Of a DNA stretch of 64,000 nucleotides, positions 12,750-26,500 are shown piece after piece. Under the pieces are notes generated by a model that had not been told where the DNA came from, made no database searches, and saw nothing but the letters and a program-made list of their open reading frames with translations. The stretch lies in the NCBI GenBank assembly GCA_964016885.1, contig OZ024744.1, forward strand, positions 134,354,001 through 134,418,000, written 5' to 3'. This DNA comes from Eledone cirrhosa. Lineage: Eukaryota. Numbering within the stretch: the first letter of the stretch is position 1; each line of letters starts with the position of its first letter. A program made the position numbers and the translations under genes.

Positions 12750-15700
12750 TTAAGTTAAGTTGGGGTTAAGTTAAATCGGGGTTAAGTTAAGTTGGGGTTA
12801 AGTTAAGTTGGGGTTAATTTAAGTTGGGGTTAAGTTAAGTTGGGGTTAAGTTAAGTTGGGGTTAAATTAAGTTGGGGTTAAGTTAAGTTGGGGTTAAGTC
12901 AAGTTGGGGTTAAGTTAAGTTGGGGATAAGTTAAGTTGGGGATAATTTAAGTTGGGGTTAAGTTAAGTTGGGTTTAAGTTAAGTTGGGGTTAAGTTAAGT
13001 TGGGGTTAAGTTAAGTTGGGGTTAAGTTAAGTTGGGGTTAAGTTAAGTTGGGGTTAAGTTAAGTTGTGGCTAAGTTAAGTTGGGGCTGAGTTAAGTTGGG
13101 GTTAAGTTAAGTTGGGCTTAATTTAAGTTGGGGTTAAGTTAAGTTAGGGTTCAGTTAAGTTGGGGTTAAGTTAAGTTGGGGTTAAGTTAAGTTGGGGTTA
13201 AGTTAAGTCGGGGTTAAGTTAAGTTGGGGTTAAGTTAAGTTGGGGTTAAGTTAAGTCGGGGTTAAGTTAAGTTGGGGTTAAGTTAAGTTGGGGTTAATTT
13301 AAGTTGGGGTTAAGTTAATTTGGGGTTAAGTTAAGTTGGGGTTAAGTTAAGATGGGGTTAATTTAAGTTGGGGTTAAGTTAAGTTGAGGTTAAGTTAAGT
13401 TGGGGTTAAATTAAGTTGGGGTTAAGTTAAGTTGGGGTTAAGTCAAGTTGGGGTTAAGTTAAGTTGGGGATAAGTTAAGTTGGGGATAATTTAAGTTGGG
13501 TTTAAGTTAAGTTGGGGTTAAGTTGAGTTGGGGTTAAGTTAAGTTGGGGTTAAGTTAAGTTGGGGTTAATTTAAATTGGGGCTAAGTTAAGTTGGGACTG
13601 AGTTAAGTTGGGGTTAAGTTAAGTTGGGGTTAAGTTAAGTTGGAGTTTATTTAAGTTGGGGTTAAGTTAAGTTGGGGTTCAGTTAAGTTGGGGTTAAGTT
13701 AAGTTGGGGTTAAGATGGGGTTAAATTAAGTTGGGGTTAAGTTAAGTTGGGGTTAAGTTAAGTTGGGGTTAAGTTAAGTCGGGGTTAAGTTAAGTCGGGG
13801 TTAAGTTAAGTTAGGGTTCAGTTAAGTTGGGGTTAAGTTAAGTTGGGGTTGAGTTAAGTTGGGGTTGAGTTAAATTGGGGTTGAGTTAAGTTGGGGTTGA
13901 GTTAAGTTGGTGTTGAGTTAAGTTGGGGTTAAGTTAAGTTGGGGTTAAGTTAATTTGTGGTTAAGTTAAGTTGGGGTTAAGTTAAGTTGGGATTAAGTTA
14001 AGTTGGGGTTAAGTTAAGTCGGGGTTAAGTTAAGTTGGGGTTGAGTTAAGTTGGGGTTAATTTAAGTTGGGGTTAAGTTAAGTTGGGGTTAAGTTAAGTT
14101 GGGGTTAAGTTAAGTTGGGGTTAAGTTAAGTTGGGGCTAGGTTAAGTTGGGGCTGAGTTAAGTTGGGGTTAAGTTAAGTTGGGGTTAAGTTAAGTTGGGG
14201 TTAATTTAAGTTGGGGTTTATTTAAGTTGGGGTTACGTTAAGTTGGTGTTAAGTTAAGTTGGGGTTAATTTAAGTTGGGGTTAATTAAGTTGGGGTTAAG
14301 TTAAGTTGGGGTTAAGTTAAGTTGGGGTTAAGTTAAGTTGGGGTTCAGTTAAGTTGGGTATAAGTTAAGTTGGGTATAAGTTAAGTTGGGGTTAAGTTAA
14401 GTTGGGGTTAAGTTAAGTTGGTGTTAAGTTAAGTTGGGGCTAAGTTAAGTTGGGGCTGAGTTAAGTTGGGGTTAAGTTAAGTTGGGGTCAAGTTAAGTTG
14501 GGGTTAAGTTGGGGTTAAGTTAAGTTAGGTTTAAGTTAAGATGGGGTTAAGTTAAGTTGGGGTTAAGTTAAGTTGGGGTTAAGTTAATTTGTGGTTAAGT
14601 TAAGTTGGGGTTAAGTTAAGTTGGGGTTAAGTTAAGTTGGGGTTAAGTTAAGTCGGGGTTAAGTTAAGTTGGGGTTAAGTTAAGTTGGGGTTAATTTAAG
14701 TTGGGGTTAAGTTAAGTTGGGGTCAAGTTAAGTTGGGGTTAAGTTGGGGTTAAGTTAAGTTAGGTTTAAGTTAAGTTGGGGTTAAGTTAAGTTGGGGTTA
14801 AGTTAAGTTGGGGTTAAATTAAGTTGGGGTTAAGTTAAGTTGGGGTTAAGTTAATTTGTGGTTAAGTTAAGTTGGGGTTAAGTTAAGTTGGGGTTAAGTT
14901 AAGTTGGGGTTAAGTTAAGTCGGGGTTAAGTTAAGTTGGGGTTAAGTTAAGTTGGGGTTAATTTAAGTTGGGGTTAAGTTAAGTTGGGGTTAAGTTAAGT
15001 TGGGGTTAAATTAAGTTGGGGTTAAGTTAAGTTGGGGTTAAGTCAAGTTGGGGTTAAGTTAAGTTGGGGATAAGTTAAGTTGGGGATAATTTAAGTTGGG
15101 GTTAAGTTAAGTTGGGTTTAAGTTAAGTTGGGGTTAAGTTAAGTTGGGGTTAAGTTAAGTTGGGGTTAAGTTAAGTTGGGGTTAAGTTAAGTTGGGGTTA
15201 AGTTAAGTTGGGGCTAAGTTAAGTTGGGGCTGAGTTAAGTTGGGGTTAAGTTAAGTTGGGCTTAATTTAAGTCGGGGTTAAGTTAAGTTAGGGTTCAGTT
15301 AAGTTGGGGTTAAGTTAAGTTGGGGTTAAGTTAAGTTGGGGTTAAGTTAAGTCGGGGTTAAGTTAAGTTGGGGTTAAGTTAAGTTGGGGTTAAGTTAAGT
15401 CGGGGTTAAGTTAAGTTGGGGTTAAGTTAAGTTGGGGTTAATTTAAGTTGGGGTTAAGTTAAGTTGGGGTTAAGTTAAGTTGGGGTTAAGTTAAGATGGG
15501 GTTAATTTAAGTTGGGGTTAAGTTAAGTTGAGGTTAAGTTAAGTTGGGGTTAAATTAAGTTGGGGTTAAGTTAAGTTGGGGTTAAGTCAAGTTGGGGTTA
15601 AGTTAAGTTGGGGATAAGTTAAGTTGGGGATAATTTAAGTTGGGTTTAAGTTAAGTTGGGGTTAAGTTGAGTTGGGGTTAAGTTAAGTTGGGGTTAAGTT

Positions 15701-18700
15701 AAGTTGGGGTTAATTTAAGTTGGGGCTAAGTTAAGTTGGGACTGAGTTAAGTTGGGGTTAAGTTAAGTTGGGGTTAAGTTAAGTTGGGGTTAAGTTAAGT
15801 TGGAGTTTATTTAAGTTGGGGTTAAGTTAAGTTGGGGTTCAGTTAAGTTGGGGTTAAGTTAAGTTGGGGTTAAGATGGGGTTAAATTAAGTTGGGGTTAA
15901 GTTAAGTTGGGGTTAAGTTAAGTTGGGGTTAAGTTAAGTCGGGGTTAAGTTAAGTCGGGGTTAAGTTAAGTTAGGGTTCAGTTAAGTTGGGGTTAAGTTA
16001 AGTTGGGGTTGAGTTAAGTTGGGGTTGAGTTAAATTGGGGTTGAGTTAAGTTGGGGTTGAGTTAAGTTGGTGTTGAGTTAAGTTGGGGTTAAGTTAAGTT
16101 GGGGTTAAGTTAATTTGTGGTTAAGTTAAGTTGGGGTTAAGTTAAGTTGGGGTTAAGTTAAGTTGGGGTTAAGTTAAGTCGGGGTTAAGTTAAGTTGGGG
16201 TTGAGTTAAGTTGGGGTTAATTTAAGTTGGGGTTAAGTTAAGTTGGGGTTAAGTTAAGTTGGGGTTAAGTTAAGTTGGGGTTAAGTTAAGTTGGGCTTAA
16301 GTTAAGTTGAGGTTAAGTTAAGTTGGGGTTAAATTAAGTTGGGGTTAAGTTAAGTTGGGGTTAAGTTAAGTTGGGGTTAAGTTAAGTTGGGGATAAGTTA
16401 AGTTGGGGTTAAGTTAAGTTGGGGTTAAGTTAAGTTGGGGTTAAGTTAAGTTGGGGTTAAGTTAAGTCGGGGTTAAGTTAAGTTGGGGTTAAGTTAAGTT
16501 GGGGTTAAGTTAAGTTGGGGTTAAGTTAAGTTGGGGTCAAGTTAAGTTGGGGTTAAGTTGGGGTTAAGTTAAGTTAGGTTTAAGTTAAGTTGGGGTTAAG
16601 TTAAGTTGGGGTTAAGTTAAGTTGGGGTTAAGTTAAGTTGGGGTTAAGTTAAGTTGGGGTTAAGTTAAATCGGGGTTAAGTTAAGTTGGGGTTAAGTTAA
16701 GTTGGGGTTAATTTAAGTTGGGGTTAAGTTAAGTTGGGGTTAAGTTAAGTTGGGGTTAAATTAAGTTGGGGTTAAGTTAAGTTGGGGTTAAGTCAAGTTG
16801 GGGTTAAGTTAAGTTGGGGATAAGTTAAGTTGGGGATAATTTAAGTTGGGGTTAAGTTAAGTTGGGTTTAAGTTAAGTTGGGGTTAAGTTAAGTTGGGGT
16901 TAAGTTAAGTTGGGGTTAAGTTAAGTTGGGGTTAAGTTAAGTTGGGGTTAAGTTAAGTTGTGGCTAAGTTAAGTTGGGGCTGAGTTAAGTTGGGGTTAAG
17001 TTAAGTTGGGCTTAATTTAAGTTGGGGTTAAGTTAAGTTAGGGTTCAGTTAAGTTGGGGTTAAGTTAAGTTGGGGTTAAGTTAAGTTGGGGTTAAGTTAA
17101 GTCGGGGTTAAGTTAAGTTGGGGTTAAGTTAAGTTGGGGTTAAGTTAAGTCGGGGTTAAGTTAAGTTGGGGTTAAGTTAAGTTGGGGTTAATTTAAGTTG
17201 GGGTTAAGTTAATTTGGGGTTAAGTTAAGTTGGGGTTAAGTTAAGATGGGGTTAATTTAAGTTGGGGTTAAGTTAAGTTGAGGTTAAGTTAAGTTGGGGT
17301 TAAATTAAGTTGGGGTTAAGTTAAGTTGGGGTTAAGTCAAGTTGGGGTTAAGTTAAGTTGGGGATAAGTTAAGTTGGGGATAATTTAAGTTGGGTTTAAG
17401 TTAAGTTGGGGTTAAGTTGAGTTGGGGTTAAGTTAAGTTGGGGTTAAGTTAAGTTGGGGTTAATTTAAATTGGGGCTAAGTTAAGTTGGGACTGAGTTAA
17501 GTTGGGGTTAAGTTAAGTTGGGGTTAAGTTAAGTTGGAGTTTATTTAAGTTGGGGTTAAGTTAAGTTGGGGTTCAGTTAAGTTGGGGTTAAGTTAAGTTG
17601 GGGTTAAGATGGGGTTAAATTAAGTTGGGGTTAAGTTAAGTTGGGGTTAAGTTAAGTTGGGGTTAAGTTAAGTCGGGGTTAAGTTAAGTCGGGGTTAAGT
17701 TAAGTTAGGGTTCAGTTAAGTTGGGGTTAAGTTAAGTTGGGGTTGAGTTAAGTTGGGGTTGAGTTAAATTGGGGTTGAGTTAAGTTGGGGTTGAGTTAAG
17801 TTGGTGTTGAGTTAAGTTGGGGTTAAGTTAAGTTGGGGTTAAGTTAATTTGTGGTTAAGTTAAGTTGGGGTTAAGTTAAGTTGGGATTAAGTTAAGTTGG
17901 GGTTAAGTTAAGTCGGGGTTAAGTTAAGTTGGGGTTGAGTTAAGTTGGGGTTAATTTAAGTTGGGGTTAAGTTAAGTTGGGGTTAAGTTAAGTTGGGGTT
18001 AAGTTAAGTTGGGGTTAAGTTAAGTTGGGGCTAGGTTAAGTTGGGGCTGAGTTAAGTTGGGGTTAAGTTAAGTTGGGGTTAAGTTAAGTTGGGGTTAATT
18101 TAAGTTGGGGTTTATTTAAGTTGGGGTTACGTTAAGTTGGTGTTAAGTTAAGTTGGGGTTAATTTAAGTTGGGGTTAATTAAGTTGGGGTTAAGTTAAGT
18201 TGGGGTTAAGTTAAGTTGGGGTTAAGTTAAGTTGGGGTTCAGTTAAGTTGGGTATAAGTTAAGTTGGGTATAAGTTAAGTTGGGGTTAAGTTAAGTTGGG
18301 GTTAAGTTAAGTTGGTGTTAAGTTAAGTTGGGGCTAAGTTAAGTTGGGGCTGAGTTAAGTTGGGGTTAAGTTAAGTTGGGGTCAAGTTAAGTTGGGGTTA
18401 AGTTGGGGTTAAGTTAAGTTAGGTTTAAGTTAAGATGGGGTTAAGTTAAGTTGGGGTTAAGTTAAGTTGGGGTTAAGTTAATTTGTGGTTAAGTTAAGTT
18501 GGGGTTAAGTTAAGTTGGGGTTAAGTTAAGTTGGGGTTAAGTTAAGTCGGGGTTAAGTTAAGTTGGGGTTAAGTTAAGTTGGGGTTAATTTAAGTTGGGG
18601 TTAAGTTAAGTTGGGGTCAAGTTAAGTTGGGGTTAAGTTGGGGTTAAGTTAAGTTAGGTTTAAGTTAAGTTGGGGTTAAGTTAAGTTGGGGTTAAGTTAA

Positions 18701-20520
18701 GTTGGGGTTAAATTAAGTTGGGGTTAAGTTAAGTTGGGGTTAAGTTAATTTGTGGTTAAGTTAAGTTGGGGTTAAGTTAAGTTGGGGTTAAGTTAAGTTG
18801 GGGTTAAGTTAAGTCGGGGTTAAGTTAAGTTGGGGTTAAGTTAAGTTGGGGTTAATTTAAGTTGGGGTTAAGTTAAGTTGGGGTTAAGTTAAGTTGGGGT
18901 TAAATTAAGTTGGGGTTAAGTTAAGTTGGGGTTAAGTCAAGTTGGGGTTAAGTTAAGTTGGGGATAAGTTAAGTTGGGGATAATTTAAGTTGGGGTTAAG
19001 TTAAGTTGGGTTTAAGTTAAGTTGGGGTTAAGTTAAGTTGGGGTTAAGTTAAGTTGGGGTTAAGTTAAGTTGGGGTTAAGTTAAGTTGGGGTTAAGTTAA
19101 GTTGGGGCTAAGTTAAGTTGGGGCTGAGTTAAGTTGGGGTTAAGTTAAGTTGGGCTTAATTTAAGTCGGGGTTAAGTTAAGTTAGGGTTCAGTTAAGTTG
19201 GGGTTAAGTTAAGTTGGGGTTAAGTTAAGTTGGGGTTAAGTTAAGTCGGGGTTAAGTTAAGTTGGGGTTAAGTTAAGTTGGGGTTAAGTTAAGTCGGGGT
19301 TAAGTTAAGTTGGGGTTAAGTTAAGTTGGGGTTAATTTAAGTTGGGGTTAAGTTAAGTTGGGGTTAAGTTAAGTTGGGGTTAAGTTAAGATGGGGTTAAT
19401 TTAAGTTGGGGTTAAGTTAAGTTGAGGTTAAGTTAAGTTGGGGTTAAATTAAGTTGGGGTTAAGTTAAGTTGGGGTTAAGTCAAGTTGGGGTTAAGTTAA
19501 GTTGGGGATAAGTTAAGTTGGGGATAATTTAAGTTGGGTTTAAGTTAAGTTGGGGTTAAGTTGAGTTGGGGTTAAGTTAAGTTGGGGTTAAGTTAAGTTG
19601 GGGTTAATTTAAGTTGGGGCTAAGTTAAGTTGGGACTGAGTTAAGTTGGGGTTAAGTTAAGTTGGGGTTAAGTTAAGTTGGGGTTAAGTTAAGTTGGAGT
19701 TTATTTAAGTTGGGGTTAAGTTAAGTTGGGGTTCAGTTAAGTTGGGGTTAAGTTAAGTTGGGGTTAAGATGGGGTTAAATTAAGTTGGGGTTAAGTTAAG
19801 TTGGGGTTAAGTTAAGTTGGGGTTAAGTTAAGTCGGGGTTAAGTTAAGTCGGGGTTAAGTTAAGTTAGGGTTCAGTTAAGTTGGGGTTAAGTTAAGTTGG
19901 GGTTGAGTTAAGTTGGGGTTGAGTTAAATTGGGGTTGAGTTAAGTTGGGGTTGAGTTAAGTTGGTGTTGAGTTAAGTTGGGGTTAAGTTAAGTTGGGGTT
20001 AAGTTAATTTGTGGTTAAGTTAAGTTGGGGTTAAGTTAAGTTGGGGTTAAGTTAAGTTGGGGTTAAGTTAAGTCGGGGTTAAGTTAAGTTGGGGTTGAGT
20101 TAAGTTGGGGTTAATTTAAGTTGGGGTTAAGTTAAGTTGGGGTTAAGTTAAGTTGGGGTTAAGTTAAGTTGGGGTTAAGTTAAGTTGGGCTTAAGTTAAG
20201 TTGAGGTTAAGTTAAGTTGGGGTTAAATTAAGTTGGGGTTAAGTTAAGTTGGGGTTAAGTTAAGTTGGGGTTAAGTTAAGTTGGGGATAAGTTAAGTTGG
20301 GGTTAAGTTAAGTTGGGGTTAAGTTAAGTTGGGGTTAAGTTAAGTTGGGGTTAAGTTAAGTCGGGGTTAAGTTAAGTTGGGGTTAAGTTAAGTTGGGGTT
20401 AAGTTAAGTTGGGGTTAAGTTAAGTTGGGGTCAAGTTAAGTTGGGGTTAAGTTGGGGTTAAGTTAAGTTAGGTTTAAGTTAAGTTGGGGTTAAGTTAAGT
20501 TGGGGTTAAGTTAAGTTGGG
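12750..20520 (+). repeat. Tandem duplication of a 3,894-bp block
   Basis: Offset 3,894 at AAATCGG 12777/16671, GGGATT 13992/17886, CTAGG 14137/18031 and ACGT 14235/18129. Boundaries approximate. Confidence 0.85.
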
Positions 20521-23500
20521 GTTAAGTTAAGTTGGGGTTAAGTTAATTTGTGGTTAAGTTAAGTTGGGGTTAAGTTAAGTTGGGGTTAAGTTAAGTTGGG
20601 GTTAAGTTAAGTCGGAGTTAATTTAAGTTGGGGTTAAGTTAAGTTGGGGTTAATTTAAGTTGGGGTTAAGTTAAGTTGGGGTTAAGTTAAGTTGGGGTTA
20701 AATTAAGTTGGGGTTAAGTTAAGTTGGGGTTAAGTCAAGTTGGGGTTAAGTTAAGTTGGGGATAAGTTAAGTTGGGGATAATTTAAGTTGGGGTTAAGTT
20801 AAGTTGGGTTTAAGTTAAGTTGGGGTTAAGTTAAGTTGGGGTTAAGTTAAGTTGGGGTTAAGTTAAGTTGGGGTTAAGTTAAGTTGGGGTTAAGTTAAGT
20901 TGGGGCTGAGTTAAGTTGGGGTTAAGTTAAGTTGGGCTTAATTTAAGTCGGGGTTAAGTTAAGTTAGGGTTCAGTTAAGTTGGGGTTAAGTTAAGTTGGG
21001 GTTGAGTTAAGTTGGGGTTGAGTTAAATTGGGGTTGAGTTAAGTTGGGGTTGAGTTAAGTTGGTGTTGAGTTAAGTTGGGGTTAAGTTAAGTTGGGGTTA
21101 AGTTAAGTTGCAGTTAAGTTAAGTTGAGGTTAAGTTAAGGTGCGGTTAAGTTAAGTTGGGGTTAAGTTAAGTTGGGGCTAAGTTAAGTTGGGGCTAAGTT
21201 AAGTTGGGGCTAAGTTAAGTTGGGGTTAAGTTAAGTTGGGGTTAAGTTAAGTTGGGGTTAATTTAAGTTGGGGTTAAGTTAAGTTGGGGTTAAGTTAAGT
21301 TGGGGTTAAGTTAAGTTGGGGTTAAGTTAAGTCGGGGTTAAGTTAAGTCGGGGTTAAGTTAAGTTAGGGTTCAGTTAAGTTGGGGTTAAGTTAAGTTTGG
21401 GTTGAGTTAAGTTGGGGTTGAGTTAAATTGGGGTTGAGTTAAGTTGGGGTTGAGTTAAGTTGGTGTTGAGTTAAGTTGGGGTTAAGTTAAGTTGGGGTTA
21501 AGTTAATTTGTGGTTAAGTTAAGTTGGGGTTAAGTTAAGTTGGGGTTAAGTTAAGTTGGGGTTAAGTTAAGTCGGGGTTAAGTTAAGTTGGGGTTGAGTT
21601 AAGTTGGGGTTAATTTAAGTTGGGGTTAAGTTAAGTTGGGGTTAAGTTAAGTTGGGGTTAAGTTAAGTTGGGGTTAAGTTAAGTTGGGGTTAAGTTAAGT
21701 TGAGGTTAAGTTAAGTTGGGGTTAAATTAAGTTGGGGTTAAGTTAAGTTGGGGTTAAGTTAAGTTGGGGTTAAGTTAAGTTGGGGATAAGTTAAGTTGGG
21801 GATAATTTAAGTTGGGGTTAAGTTAAGTTGGGTTTAAGTTAAGTTGGGGTTAAGTTAAGTTGGGGATAAGTTAAGTTGGGGTTAAGTTAAGTTGGGGTTA
21901 AGTTAAGTTGGGGTTAAGTTGGGGCTAAGTTAAGTTGGGGCTGAGTTAAGTTGGGGTTAAGTTAAGTTGGGGTTAAGTTAAGTTGGGGTTAATTTAAGTT
22001 GGGGTTTATTTAAGTTGGGGTTACGTTAAGTTGGTGTTAAGTTAAGTTGGGGTTAATTTAAGTTGGGGTTAATTAAGTTGGGGTTAAGTTAAGTTGGGGT
22101 TAAGTTAAGTTGGGGTTAATTTAAGTTGGGGTTGAGTTAAGTTGGGGTTAAGTTAAGTTGGGGTTATATTAAGTTGGGGTTAAGTTAAGTTGGGGTTCAG
22201 TTAAGTTGGGTATAAGTTAAGTTGGGGTTAAGTTAAGTTGGGGTTAAGTTAAGTTGGGGTTAAGTTAAGTTGGTGTTAAGTTAAGTTGGGGCTAAGTTAA
22301 GTTGGGGCTGAGTTAAGTTGGGGCTGAGTTAAGTTGGGGTTAAGTTAAGTTGGGGTCAAGTTAAGTTGGGGTTAAGTTGGGGTTAAGTTAAGTTAGGTTT
22401 AAGTTAAGATGGGGTTAAGTTAAGTTGGGGTTAAGTTAAGTTTGGGTTAAGTTAATTTGTGGTTAAGTTAAGTTGGGGTTAAGTTAAGTTGGGGTTAAGT
22501 TAAGTTGGGGTTAAGTTAAGTCGGGGTTAAGTTAAGTTGGGGTTAAGTTAAGTTGGGGTTAATTTAAGTTGGGGTTAAGTTAAGTTGGGGTCAAGTTAAG
22601 TTGGGGTTAAGTTGGGGTTAAGTTAAGTTAGGTTTAAGTTAAGTTGGGGTTAAGTTAAGTTGGGGTTAAGTTAAGTTGGGGTTAAGTTAAGTTGGGGTTA
22701 AGTTAAGTTGGGGTTAAGTTAAGTTGGGGTTAAGTTAAGTTGGGGTTAAGTTAAGTTGGGGTTAAGTTAAGTCGGGGTTAAGTTAAGTTGGGGTTAAGTT
22801 AAGTTGGGGTTAATTTAAGTTGGGGTTAAGTTAAGTTGGGGTTAAGTTAAGTTGGGGTTAAATTAAGTTGGGGTTAAGTTAAGTTGGGGTTAAGTCAAGT
22901 TGGGGTTAAGTTAAGTTGGGGATAAGTTAAGTTGGGTATAAGTTAAGTTGGGGTTAAGTTAAGTTGGGGTTAAGTTAAGTTGGTGTTAAGTTAAGTTGGG
23001 GCTAAGTTAAGTTGGGGCTGAGTTAAGTTGGGGCTGAGTTAAGTTGGGGTTAAGTTAAGTTGGGGTCAAGTTAAGTTGGGGTTAAGTTGGGGTTAAGTTA
23101 AGTTAGGTTTAAGTTAAGATGGGGTTAAGTTAAGTTGGGGTTAAGTTAAGTTGGGGTTAAGTTAATTTGTGGTTAATTTAAGTTGGGGTTAAGTTAAGTT
23201 GGGGTTAAGTTAAGTTGGGGTTAAGTTAAGTCGGGGTTAAGTTAAGTTGGGGTTAAGTTAAGTTGGGGTTAATTTAAGTTGGGGTTAAGTTAAGTTGGGG
23301 TCAAGTTAAGTTGGGGTTAAGTTGGGGTTAAGTTAAGTTAGGTTTAAGTTAAGTTGGGGTTAAGTTAAGTTGGGGTTAAGTTAAGTTGGGGTTAAGTTAA
23401 GTTGGGGTTAAGTTAAGTTGGGGTTAAGTTAATTTGTGGTTAAGTTAAGTTGGGGTTAAGTTAAGTTGGGGTTAAGTTAAGTTGGGGTTAAGTTAAGTCG

Positions 23501-26500
23501 GGGTTAAGTTAAGTTGGGGTTAAGTTAAGTTGGGGTTAATTTAAGTTGGGGTTAAGTTAAGTTGGGGTTAAGTTAAGTTGGGGTTAAATTAAGTTGGGGT
23601 TAAGTTAAGTTGGGGTTAAGTCAAGTTGGGGTTAAGTTAAGTTGGGGATAAGTTAAGTTGGGGATAATTTAAGTTGGGGTTAAGTTAAGTTGGGTTTAAG
23701 TTAAGTTGGGGTTAAGTTAAGTTGGGGTTAAGTTAAGTTGGGGTTAAGTTAAGTTGGGGTTAAGTTAAGTTGGGGTTAAGTTAAGTTGGGGCTAAGTTAA
23801 GTTGGGGCTGAGTTAAGTTGGGGTTAAGTTAAGTTGGGCTTAATTTAAGTCGGGGTTAAGTTAAGTTAGGGTTCAGTTAAGTTGGGGTTAAGTTAAGTTG
23901 GGGTTAAGTTAAGTTGGGGTTAAGTTAAGTCGGGGTTAAGGTAAGTTGGGGTTAAGTTAAGTTGGGGTTAAGTTAAGTCGGGGTTAAGTTAAGTTGGGGT
24001 TAAGTTAAGTTGGGGTTAATTTAAGTTGGGGTTAAGTTAAGTTGGGGTTAAGTTAAGTTGGGGTTAAGTTAAGATGGGGTTAATTTAAGTTGGGGTTAAG
24101 TTAAGTTGAGGTTAAGTTAAGTTGGGGTTAAATTAAGTTGGGGTTAAGTTAAGTTGGGGTTAAGTCAAGTTGGGGTTAAGTTAAGTTGGGGATAAGTTAA
24201 GTTGGGGATAATTTAAGTTGGGTTTAAGTTAAGTTGGGGTTAAGTTGAGTTGGGGTTAAGTTAAGTTGGGGTTAAGTTAAGTTGGGGTTAATTTAAGTTG
24301 GGGCTAAGTTAAGTTGGGACTGAGTTAAGTTGGGGTTAAGTTAAGTTGGGGTTAAGTTAAGTTGGGGTTAAGTTAAGTTGGAGTTTATTTAAGTTGGGGT
24401 TAAGTTAAGTTGGGGTTCAGTTAAGTTGGGGTTAAGTTAAGTTGGGGTTAAGATGGGGTTAAATTAAGTTGGGGTTAAGTTAAGTTGGGGTTAAGTTAAG
24501 TTGGGGTTAAGTTAAGTCGGGGTTAAGTTAAGTCGGGGTTAAGTTAAGTTAGGGTTCAGTTAAGTTGGGGTTAAGTTAAGTTGGGGTTGAGTTAAGTTGG
24601 GGTTGAGTTAAATTGGGGTTGAGTTAAGTTGGGGTTGAGTTAAGTTGGTGTTGAGTTAAGTTGGGGTTAAGTTAAGTTGGGGTTAAGTTAATTTGTGGTT
24701 AAGTTAAGTTGGGGTTAAGTTAAGTTGGGGTTAAGTTAAGTTGGGGTTAAGTTAAGTCGGGGTTAAGTTAAGTTGGGGTTGAGTTAAGTTGGGGTTAATT
24801 TAAGTTGGGGTTAAGTTAAGTTGGGGTTAAGTTAAGTTGGGGTTAAGTTAAGTTGGGCTTAAGTTAAGTTGAGGTTAAGTTAAGTTGGGGTTAAATTAAG
24901 TTGGGGTTAAGTTAAGTTGGGGTTAAGTTAAGTTGGGGTTAAGTTAAGTTGGGGATAAGTTAAGTTGGGGTTAAGTTAAGTTGGGGTTAAGTTAAGTTGG
25001 GGTTAAGTTAAGTTGGGGTTAAGTTAAGTCGGGGTTAAGTTAAGTTGGGGTTAAGTTAAGTTGGGGTTAAGTTAAGTTGGGGTTAAGTTAAGTTGGGGTC
25101 AAGTTAAGTTGGGGTTAAGTTGGGGTTAAGTTAAGTTAGGTTTAAGTTAAGTTGGGGTTAAGTTAAGTTGGGGTTAAGTTAAGTTGGGGTTAAGTTAAGT
25201 TGGGGTTAAGTTAATTTGTGGTTAAGTTAAGTTGGGGTTAAGTTAAGTTGGGGTTAAGTTAAGTTGGGGTTAAGTTAAGTCGGAGTTAATTTAAGTTGGG
25301 GTTAAGTTAAGTTGGGGTTAATTTAAGTTGGGGTTAAGTTAAGTTGGGGTTAAGTTAAGTTGGGGTTAAATTAAGTTGGGGTTAAGTTAAGTTGGGGTTA
25401 AGTCAAGTTGGGGTTAAGTTAAGTTGGGGATAAGTTAAGTTGGGGATAATTTAAGTTGGGGTTAAGTTAAGTTGGGTTTAAGTTAAGTTGGGGTTAAGTT
25501 AAGTTGGGGTTAAGTTAAGTTGGGGTTAAGTTAAGTTGGGGTTAAGTTAAGTTGGGGTTAAGTTAAGTTGGGGCTGAGTTAAGTTGGGGTTAAGTTAAGT
25601 TGGGCTTAATTTAAGTCGGGGTTAAGTTAAGTTAGGGTTCAGTTAAGTTGGGGTTAAGTTAAGTTGGGGTTGAGTTAAGTTGGGGTTGAGTTAAATTGGG
25701 GTTGAGTTAAGTTGGGGTTGAGTTAAGTTGGTGTTGAGTTAAGTTGGGGTTAAGTTAAGTTGGGGTTAAGTTAAGTTGCAGTTAAGTTAAGTTGAGGTTA
25801 AGTTAAGGTGCGGTTAAGTTAAGTTGGGGTTAAGTTAAGTTGGGGCTAAGTTAAGTTGGGGCTAAGTTAAGTTGGGGCTAAGTTAAGTTGGGGTTAAGTT
25901 AAGTTGGGGTTAAGTTAAGTTGGGGTTAATTTAAGTTGGGGTTAAGTTAAGTTGGGGTTAAGTTAAGTTGGGGTTAAGTTAAGTTGGGGTTAAGTTAAGT
26001 CGGGGTTAAGTTAAGTCGGGGTTAAGTTAAGTTAGGGTTCAGTTAAGTTGGGGTTAAGTTAAGTTGGGGTTGAGTTAAGTTGGGGTTGAGTTAAATTGGG
26101 GTTGAGTTAAGTTGGGGTTGAGTTAAGTTGGTGTTGAGTTAAGTTGTGGTTAATTTAAGTTGGGGTTAAGTTAATTTGTGGTTAAGTTAAGTTGGGGTTA
26201 AGTTAAGTTGGGGTTAAGTTAAGTTGGGGTTAAGTTAAGTCGGGGTTAAGTTAAGTTGGGGTTGAGTTAAGTTGGGGTTAATTTAAGTTGGGGTTAAGTT
26301 AAGTTGGGGTTAAGTTAAGTTGGGGTTAAGTTAAGTTGGGGTTAAGTTAAGTTGGGGTTAAGTTAAGTTGAGGTTAAGTTAAGTTGGGGTTAAATTAAGT
26401 TGGGGTTAAGTTAAGTTGGGGTTAAGTTAAGTTGGGGTTAAGTTAAGTTGGGGATAAGTTAAGTTGGGGATAATTTAAGTTGGGGTTAAGTTAAGTTGGG

